From positions 83,204 to 147,203 of the forward strand of contig CACKFQ010000001.1 in assembly GCA_902599555.1 (NCBI GenBank): 64,000 nucleotides of DNA, read 5' to 3'. Positions 57,579-64,000 of this stretch are shown piece by piece (positions within the stretch are counted from its first letter, which is position 1; each line of letters opens with the position of its first letter). Below the pieces are notes generated by a model. It worked only from the letters and a program-made list of their open reading frames with translations, searched no databases and had not been told where the DNA came from. The position numbers and the translations under genes were made by a program. The DNA is from an uncultured Candidatus Actinomarina sp. (GTDB taxonomy: Bacteria > Actinomycetota > Acidimicrobiia > Actinomarinales > Actinomarinaceae).

Positions 57579-58910
57579 TTAAACTAATTCAAATGATTTA
57601 ATGATATTTTCTAAACCCTCTTTGGCATCTGAGAACAACATTTTTGCATTGTCATTCACAAATAGTGGGTTTGCAATGCCCGCATAACCTGGTGACATTG
57701 ATCTTTTTATCACGATGACTTGTTGTGCTAAGTCAACATCAAGTATTGGCATTCCATAAATTGGAGAATCTTCATCAGTCCTAGCCAATGGATTTACAAC
57801 ATCATTTGCTCCAAGAACTATTACAACATCCGTTGAGGAAAACTCAGAATTTATATCTTCTAAGGTAAACATATCTTCATAGTCAATATCTACCTCAGCT
57901 AAGAGTACATTCATATGCCCAGGCATTCTTCCAGCAACTGGATGAATAGCAAACTTCACTTCAATGTTTTTATCTTTTAAGGTATTTGTTAATTCTTTAA
58001 CAGCTGCCTGTGCTTGAGCTACTGCCATGCCGTATCCTGGAACAATGACTACAGATTCTGCATAGCTTAACTGGATCGCAACATCTTCTGGGGAAGTGCT
58101 AATTGGATCTTTATCATATTCATTGTTAATAGCTGTACCCCCAAAACCACCCTTAAGAACATCTAAAAGTGTTCGATTCATTGCAGCACACATAAGGAGT
58201 GTGAGAATTATTCCAGATGCACCCACTAAGGCACCAGCTACGATCAAAATAATACTATTTACAATGAACCCTGCTGACATAGCAGCAATTCCAGATAGTG
58301 AATTTAAGAATGCTATTACAACTGGCATATCTGCTCCACCAATTACCGCAACTCGAATTATTCCAGCAACTAATGCAACTAATATAATAAATTCAATTAA
58401 AAGGTCGTCCATTTCTAAAACTGCAGGAATTACTATGATCGTAGGTAAAAATACTGAAAATATATCTGCTAATTTTTTACTGAAGTTATTTAATTTGCCA
58501 CGCAGTTTCATTACAGCCACAAGGCTTCCCGAGAAAGTAAACATTCCGATAACCATTGAAAAGATAGCTACAAATACATCAGAAATTGGTAAGGAACTAC
58601 CAGAGAGCTCAACGTAGGCAATTGCACCAGAAGCTCCTCCACCAAAACCATTAAATAAACCAACTAGTTCTGGCATTTGTGTCATCTGAACTCGTTTTGA
58701 TATTAAAACTCCAAGTAATCCAGAAACAACAATTGTGATGTAAAAAGCAGAATCATATTTTGAAAAATCAAAATTAAATGCACTAAATACAGCTAGTGCC
58801 ATGGCCAACATTGCAAATGTATTTGCCCTATGTGCAGTTGAAGGTCTTCCAAATAGCTTCAAAGCAAAGATAAATAAAATAGATGAGACAAGTAGTATTA
58901 TTTCAATCAT
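57579..58910 (-). CDS. pntB: NAD(P) transhydrogenase subunit beta
   Basis: Multi-TM N-terminal domain and C-terminal NADP(H)-binding dIII domain (VIVPGYGMAVAQAQ). Confidence 0.9.
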   Translation of the reverse strand: MIEIILLVSSILFIFALKLFGRPSTAHRANTFAMLAMALAVFSAFNFDFSKYDSAFYITIVVSGLLGVLISKRVQMTQMPELVGLFNGFGGGASGAIAYVELSGSSLPISDVFVAIFSMVIGMFTFSGSLVAVMKLRGKLNNFSKKLADIFSVFLPTIIVIPAVLEMDDLLIEFIILVALVAGIIRVAVIGGADMPVVIAFLNSLSGIAAMSAGFIVNSIILIVAGALVGASGIILTLLMCAAMNRTLLDVLKGGFGGTAINNEYDKDPISTSPEDVAIQLSYAESVVIVPGYGMAVAQAQAAVKELTNTLKDKNIEVKFAIHPVAGRMPGHMNVLLAEVDIDYEDMFTLEDINSEFSSTDVVIVLGANDVVNPLARTDEDSPIYGMPILDVDLAQQVIVIKRSMSPGYAGIANPLFVNDNAKMLFSDAKEGLENIIKSFELV

Positions 58911-59190
58911 TTTTCTTAAACATTTCTAGTATTCGACCAGTCACTGAAAACCCGCCAACAATATTAAGAGTCGCAAATGCTATTGCAATTAAAACAATAA
59001 TTTTAAGTAATTGAGACTCTCCTGCTTCTGGGTATATAAGAATTGCTGCAATCAATGTAATTCCAGAAATAGCATTGGAACCAGACATCAACGGAGTGTG
59101 TAATGTCTGTGGAATTTTAGATATAAGTTCATATCCAATAAAGCTTGCTAAAAACGTTATCAACAATGTAAGTAAGAACGTTGCTTCCAT
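58903..59190 (-). CDS. pntAB: NAD(P) transhydrogenase subunit alpha part 2 (membrane dII fragment)
   Basis: 95 aa with three TM helices, located between pntAA and pntB. Confidence 0.8.
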   Translation of the reverse strand: MEATFLLTLLITFLASFIGYELISKIPQTLHTPLMSGSNAISGITLIAAILIYPEAGESQLLKIIVLIAIAFATLNIVGGFSVTGRILEMFKKND

Positions 59191-60203
59191 TATGAACTCA
59201 TCTCCACAAAAATCTCATCGTCACTATTTTCTATATACATTTCAATTAAATTTCTTACATTCTCTGAATACAGCTTTGTAGCTGCATGTTTAACAGTGTT
59301 TAAGATATCTGTTTCACCAACTATCTTTACACCATTAATCTCAACAACTTTGTTCACCTCTGTGCCTTCACAGTTTCCACCAGTACCAGCAGCTAGGTCA
59401 ATAATTACAGAATTCTCTTTCATGTTTTCAACAGTTGACTTTTCAATCAAGACAGGTGCTTTCTTTCCTGGTATTTGAGCAAATGTTAAAACAATATCAC
59501 TATCAATTACTTGTTTCTTTAATGCTTCTTGAATTTTCTGGTTCTCTTCTTCTGAGACTTCTTGTGCGTATACGCTATCTTGAGCTTCAGTACTTGCTTC
59601 AACAAATTTAGCACCTAAAGACTCCACTTGGTCCTTGGCCTCTTTTCTAATATCAAAAGCCCACACTCTAGCCCCAAGTCTTTTTGCAGTGGCAATTGCT
59701 TGAAGGCCTGCAACTCCTACTCCAAGAATTAATACTTTTGACGGCTGTATATTTCCTGCTGCAGTTGTCATCATTGGTACAACGTCTGATGTCTCTTTTG
59801 CTGCTCGTAAGACTGAGGCGTATCCAAGCAAGTTTGCCTGAGAAGAAAGTGCGTCTAGGTTTTGAGCTCTTGAGATCCTAGGAAGTTTAAAAAAACTTAG
59901 TACTTTTAGATCAGGTCTTAAACTTTTTATCTCTTTGATCTTATCAAAATCAAATATACCAATAAGAACTGCTCCTTCTTTAAGTTTCTTTATTGTTTTA
60001 TCCTGAATATTTTCTACACAGGCAACAATGTCTAAATCACTTAAGTTAGATATAGTTTTTACATTGTCTAGGGAAGAATCTGCATAATTTAGATAATCAA
60101 ATATATTTTTCTCCAAATGAACATCGAATGAATATTTCTCAATAGATTCAGGGTGTATTGGGGCCCTGTATCCATCAACATCTGTTAAAAATCCTATTTT
60201 CAT
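59190..60203 (-). CDS. pntAA: NAD(P) transhydrogenase subunit alpha part 1 (dI, alanine dehydrogenase-like)
   Basis: Rossmann LILGVGVAGLQAIATAKRLGA with AlaDH/PNT N- and C-domains. Confidence 0.85.
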   Translation of the reverse strand: MKIGFLTDVDGYRAPIHPESIEKYSFDVHLEKNIFDYLNYADSSLDNVKTISNLSDLDIVACVENIQDKTIKKLKEGAVLIGIFDFDKIKEIKSLRPDLKVLSFFKLPRISRAQNLDALSSQANLLGYASVLRAAKETSDVVPMMTTAAGNIQPSKVLILGVGVAGLQAIATAKRLGARVWAFDIRKEAKDQVESLGAKFVEASTEAQDSVYAQEVSEEENQKIQEALKKQVIDSDIVLTFAQIPGKKAPVLIEKSTVENMKENSVIIDLAAGTGGNCEGTEVNKVVEINGVKIVGETDILNTVKHAATKLYSENVRNLIEMYIENSDDEIFVEMSS

Positions 60204-60258
60204 ACTTTCCTAGTTTAAATATGCTGGCAACTTACTAAGAATTAAATAAAATACATAC

Positions 60259-61299
60259 ATGAATATTGCTGTCTTTAGTGATAAGTTTTCTGGGACGTTA
60301 AGCGCCATAGAAGTGCTTAATATTGTTCAAAGTAAGTTTTTGGATTCAAATATTAATGCAGACTTTTTCAGCGTTACTGATGGTGGGCAAGAAAGTACAG
60401 AAATTTTTAAAAGTCACAATTTTCAAACTCATGAAAGTTTTGAAGCTTTGAATTGTGATAATTCTCTCTCAGTAGTTGAATCATTAAACATAAATGGGAG
60501 TGTTTTTTTTGAATCAGCTAAATTAATTGGTGTTGATTCAGAAAATGAATCCATGTCGATAAATACAGGATGTTTGCTTGAGGCAGTTCAAAAAACAGAA
60601 GTTCTTGGAACAGGTGGCTCAAAAACTATTGATTTTGGAATAGGCCTCTTAAGTAAGTTGGGTATGGAATTCATCTCTAATGGTGAAACTATAGTAAATC
60701 CTGTTCCCAAAGACTTTTCTTATATAGATCAAATTAAAGCAACAAATTTTAAATCTAATTTAGAAAATAGAATTTTAAGTGATACCAATATTTCTTTGCT
60801 TGGTGAGAATTCAGCTTTTGATGTTTTTGGACCTCAAAAAGGTTTATCTGAGAAAGATATTGAGAAACACAAATTAGAGGCTGAGAGATTGATAACGCTA
60901 ATTGATAAAGAGCTTATTTTAGGTTTAAACCCAACTGAAATTAACTCAGGAGCAGCTGGTGGTTTAACATTTGCATTAAATCAAATTCTTGGCTGTGAAA
61001 TTGAAAACGGTGCAAAATACTTTTTAAAGGAAACAAATTTAATCAATCAATTAGGAAATTATGACATTGGTATCTTTTGTGAAGGAAAATTTGATGAATC
61101 ATCATTAGAGGGAAAAATAATTGGAGAGTTGTTGAAAAATTTTAAAGGACGTAGGTATTTTTTGGGTGGGCAGTATACAGCAAAAAATGAAGGCATTTTC
61201 ACAAGCTATTTCCAATGTGGGCCTGAAGGTGTCAGTGATCCAAAAAGCTCATTAGAGATTGCTACAAATGGATTAATTAAAGAAATACAAAAGTATTAA
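60259..61299 (+). CDS. Glycerate kinase family protein
   Basis: N-terminal IAVFSDKFSGTLSA...DGGQES matches the GlxK/GarK IAPDSFKESLSA...DGGEGT pattern. Confidence 0.6.
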   Translation: MNIAVFSDKFSGTLSAIEVLNIVQSKFLDSNINADFFSVTDGGQESTEIFKSHNFQTHESFEALNCDNSLSVVESLNINGSVFFESAKLIGVDSENESMSINTGCLLEAVQKTEVLGTGGSKTIDFGIGLLSKLGMEFISNGETIVNPVPKDFSYIDQIKATNFKSNLENRILSDTNISLLGENSAFDVFGPQKGLSEKDIEKHKLEAERLITLIDKELILGLNPTEINSGAAGGLTFALNQILGCEIENGAKYFLKETNLINQLGNYDIGIFCEGKFDESSLEGKIIGELLKNFKGRRYFLGGQYTAKNEGIFTSYFQCGPEGVSDPKSSLEIATNGLIKEIQKY

Positions 61300-61308
61300 T
61301 ATCTCATT

Positions 61309-61566
61309 ATGACAATTCCTTCACCTTGTATAAGTGTTTGTGTAACAGATCCTGGTAGTGACTTATGTTACGGATGTGCAAGGACTACGCCTGAAATAGC
61401 TAAATGGTCAAAATTTACAGATGAAGAGAAAAAACAAGTAATTGAAATAAGCAGATCAAGAATGTCAGGTTGGCAGTTAGAGGCTTTTGATAATGCCTAT
61501 AAAGAAATTTTAGAAACTGGTTCCAGTCCAATAAAAAAGCAAAAGCTACAAAACAAAAAAGACTAG
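61309..61566 (+). CDS. DUF1289-family small Cys-rich (predicted Fe-S) protein
   Basis: SPCISVCVTDPGSDLCYGCARTTPEIAKW matches the DUF1289 CxxxC...CxGCxRT..E...W pattern. Confidence 0.6.
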   Translation: MTIPSPCISVCVTDPGSDLCYGCARTTPEIAKWSKFTDEEKKQVIEISRSRMSGWQLEAFDNAYKEILETGSSPIKKQKLQNKKD

Positions 61567-62078
61567 TTATCTTCTAAAATTTTTTGAGCCTTTGTTCTAA
61601 CAACTTTTCTTTCATCATTTTTCAATCTCTTAGCAACTTCTATCAGCTTTAATTTAAGAGACTTGTCTGACTTTGCAAGCTTTTCTAGAAGCTTCATGCC
61701 TTGAGCAAGAATCATCCAATCGCTACTGTTGTTTGTCCAGTTCAAAACAATTGTTTTAATTTTACTTACTTCCTTTTCTTCAAAATAATTCAGAAAATCA
61801 AAATAAATAGTTATGAGTCCTAGTTTTACAACATTGTGTTTTGAATTCGAAAATTGATTTAAAAATCTATCTTTATTTTTTAGAAAAACTTTTTTGTCGT
61901 CTTTAATAATTCTCTTTACTCCATTCATTGCCCTCATTGCAACAAGTGAATTTTCGGAATAAAAGCATTGAAATAAATGTTCTACTTTTTTAGGATTTTT
62001 TTTAATAAAATCTACAACTTTTAAAGTTTCTCCAAGCGAATTTTGCTTACCTTTACTTAGCTCAAACTCAAAGTTCAT
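61563..62078 (-). CDS. Hypothetical protein (alpha-helical, possibly HEAT/DNA-alkylation-repair-like)
   Basis: 171-aa ORF. The fold call is weak. Confidence 0.3.
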   Translation of the reverse strand: MNFEFELSKGKQNSLGETLKVVDFIKKNPKKVEHLFQCFYSENSLVAMRAMNGVKRIIKDDKKVFLKNKDRFLNQFSNSKHNVVKLGLITIYFDFLNYFEEKEVSKIKTIVLNWTNNSSDWMILAQGMKLLEKLAKSDKSLKLKLIEVAKRLKNDERKVVRTKAQKILEDN

Positions 62079-62123
62079 TTTTCTTTTTTTTGTATACCTC
62101 TAATTTTCATATAAATTACTCTA

Positions 62124-64000
62124 CTACGAATCTTTACTCACCAATGGAATGCTTGCAAGCAGATCAGTTGGAATATCATCTACAGAACCTTCATACTCTC
62201 CATATGAGCTTAAGAAGTCTTCCTGAACTCCTTCATCGGGGAAAATGGCATCAAAAATATTTGGATGATTTACAACATTTGGAGCTCCACCACCTCTGTA
62301 CTGTTCCGCTGACGGATTGATTTCTCTAATTCTTGATCCATTTGGACCATAGCCATCTTGAGACAACATAACTACTCCATAGTGCCATTCTTCAGGATTT
62401 CCACCACCAAGCTGGTTGTCAATATCAAGTTTTACAACTATTACACCTTTGTCTGGTACAACGACAATATCAAATTGATTAGTCACTAATTCTGACTCTC
62501 CACTTGGTAGTGACTTCCAAATCTGTGGTTCCCACCCTTCAATCACAATATGATATTCCCAACCGGACCCATCTGGCATTTTTCCAAACCTATAGTTACC
62601 TAACTGTTTTACTCCAGTGTCAGATCCAAAGTCTTTATCAATATACACGTCAATAGTTTGAATAGATAGGCTCCTTGGAGAACCCCACGGGTTTTTTACA
62701 GCACTTAAAATATCAAAATTCATAACAAGACTTCCATCCGCAATGCCTGCTGAAAAGCCTTCAAAATCATAACTTCCAGGTATAAACACACCATCTGTTG
62801 GATAGGTGTATGAACCTTCTCCATAGTCATCTTTAATTGGATCTTTTATATCTATAAAAAGTTCAACATTTGACACTTCAGGTACAAAAAGTGCCAAAGG
62901 TCGTGAAGGTTCGATAAAACCATCCAATATATCTGAATAAAGTCTAAGTTTAATTTTATCGCCAAAGCTAAGAGAACCGAGTTCACCTAAAGGTATCTTT
63001 AAGTAAAGTTCATTACCTGATGCAGACACCTCAGTAGTTTCTTTTGTTAAGCACGCTGTTGAAAAAGTTGCCTCTTTAACACTTCCCTCATTGGGTAAAT
63101 CTCTTTTGGTACATGTAAAGTATGAACTATTTTTAAGTTTTTCACCCATATGAAATATTGCCTGTGTTGTTTCAATTCCTAAAAACTCCTGATTAGAAGG
63201 TTCTCCATCTTTAAACGGTACAGAGGATCTTCTAATCTTTGTTCTTGATGGGCTTTCTAAATAAATATCTAAATCAATGTTCTTCCAAGGTTCTGCCTTT
63301 TGCATTGTGGAAGAAGATTTTTGGATAGCAACATATAAATGCTCGTCTGAGAATCTATATTGGATTTTTGAAATTATATCTGAAGTCTCGATCACTCCAG
63401 CATCATTCCAAATATCAGGGTTTGTTGTTCCGTTAACAAGTAAAGCTTGGTTTGAAGTCAAAATAGAGTCTGATTGTTTGTCAAACAATTGAGCTGAAGG
63501 AGAGATGATTGGAATATCAAGATAAGCTGGTGGCTCTTCTCCAAGTGACGAATAAACATTTTTTAGAAGATTTCTAAATGCAGAACCAAAATAATCATCA
63601 TTTCCACTCGATTGGTCACTACCGTACCACCAAAACCAGTCCGACCCTTCAGCAAGTAACATATAATCAAATGCTTGCTCAAGTTGTTTTTCTGTATAGT
63701 TATCAGATGCATTTGCTCTGTCATAAAAGGCTCTTGTTTTTTGTAAGTAATCCCACGCATAAGTCTCTTCTGTCTCACCAATCCAAGTAGCAAAATTTGG
63801 TTGGAACCATGAGGCAGGAAATACTCTGTCTAATTTTTCAATTTGAGGTCCATATTTTTCAATATATTCAGTTGGTGTCGTTGTTTTAAGCCAATCTGTT
63901 GTAGTAAGTGTTTCGTACATTAGGCTTAGGAAATCTATACCGTCATTTTGATAATGCTCCCATGCGTTTTCACCATCTAAAACAATTGATACCACAAGTG
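62124..64000 (-). CDS. Glycoside hydrolase family 57-like protein (N-terminally truncated by the window edge) with C-terminal beta-rich domains
   Basis: VLDGENAWE resembles the GH57 region IV (HDDGEKFG, acid/base Asp). EGSDWFWWYG resembles region V. The frame is open to nt 64000. Confidence 0.45.
   Translation of the reverse strand, partial: LVVSIVLDGENAWEHYQNDGIDFLSLMYETLTTTDWLKTTTPTEYIEKYGPQIEKLDRVFPASWFQPNFATWIGETEETYAWDYLQKTRAFYDRANASDNYTEKQLEQAFDYMLLAEGSDWFWWYGSDQSSGNDDYFGSAFRNLLKNVYSSLGEEPPAYLDIPIISPSAQLFDKQSDSILTSNQALLVNGTTNPDIWNDAGVIETSDIISKIQYRFSDEHLYVAIQKSSSTMQKAEPWKNIDLDIYLESPSRTKIRRSSVPFKDGEPSNQEFLGIETTQAIFHMGEKLKNSSYFTCTKRDLPNEGSVKEATFSTACLTKETTEVSASGNELYLKIPLGELGSLSFGDKIKLRLYSDILDGFIEPSRPLALFVPEVSNVELFIDIKDPIKDDYGEGSYTYPTDGVFIPGSYDFEGFSAGIADGSLVMNFDILSAVKNPWGSPRSLSIQTIDVYIDKDFGSDTGVKQLGNYRFGKMPDGSGWEYHIVIEGWEPQIWKSLPSGESELVTNQFDIVVVPDKGVIVVKLDIDNQLGGGNPEEWHYGVVMLSQDGYGPNGSRIREINPSAEQYRGGGAPNVVNHPNIFDAIFPDEGVQEDFLSSYGEYEGSVDDIPTDLLASIPLVSKDS

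Noticed and set aside
1-64000. CRISPR arrays, cas genes, transposases, toxin-antitoxin pairs
   Set aside because: No regularly spaced direct repeats and no Cas, transposase or toxin motifs were seen in any frame. The only tandem repeat is intragenic (55594-56181).

Overview
The window reads as a gene-dense, low-GC (roughly one-third GC) stretch of a streamlined marine bacterium. Gene content and synteny point to an actinobacterium, possibly of the Candidatus Actinomarina-like marine lineage; this is inference only. Supporting features are an actinobacterial-type suf operon with an embedded Rieske gene, the mfd-mazG-eno-ftsB-DUF501-ppx order, birA next to an acyl-CoA carboxylase with a fused BC-BCCP alpha subunit, and an unlinked MsiK-type sugar ATPase. 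Housekeeping content includes the end of carB with pyrF and a short pyrD, rpiB, an aspartase/fumarase-family lyase, sufBD-Rieske-sufC, two ABC exporter half-transporters, a menaquinone prenyltransferase/methyltransferase pair, a sugar ABC importer locus with a ROK kinase, tRNA-Leu(TAA) and tRNA-Arg(CCT), pth-rplY, the birA-pccB-bioY-accA-acpS-fabDHG-acpP-fabF/fabI cluster, ppdK, pntAA-pntAB-pntB and glycerate kinase. The most notable element is a compact light-related island at about 15.0-18.5 kb. It holds a short (219 aa) microbial rhodopsin with a proteorhodopsin-like D-T-E proton-pump motif and a retinal lysine. The rhodopsin sits between its own strong intrinsic terminator and an upstream region containing a perfect CRP/FNR-type TGTGA-N6-TCACA palindrome. 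It is flanked by a class II CPD photolyase on one side and a DsbB/TlpA thiol-disulfide pair on the other. Other candidates for novelty are listed here. (1) An in-frame fusion of a PNPOx-like FMN-binding domain to a UbiA/MenA-family prenyltransferase, next to menG. (2) An orphan SPPY-type DNA methyltransferase with an unknown small partner ORF. (3) An archaeal-type (type II) GAPDH-like gene divergent from ppdK. (4) An 846-aa membrane-anchored cell-surface protein with a peptidoglycan-binding domain and two ~99-aa tandem repeats. (5) A ~700-aa MDR-dehydrogenase/Gfo-Idh-MocA fusion. (6) A 12-bp perfect palindrome operator in front of the sugar ABC operon. No CRISPR array, transposase or integrase was seen. 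All calls rest on motif-level reading of the ORF translations and on synteny; no database searches were run.
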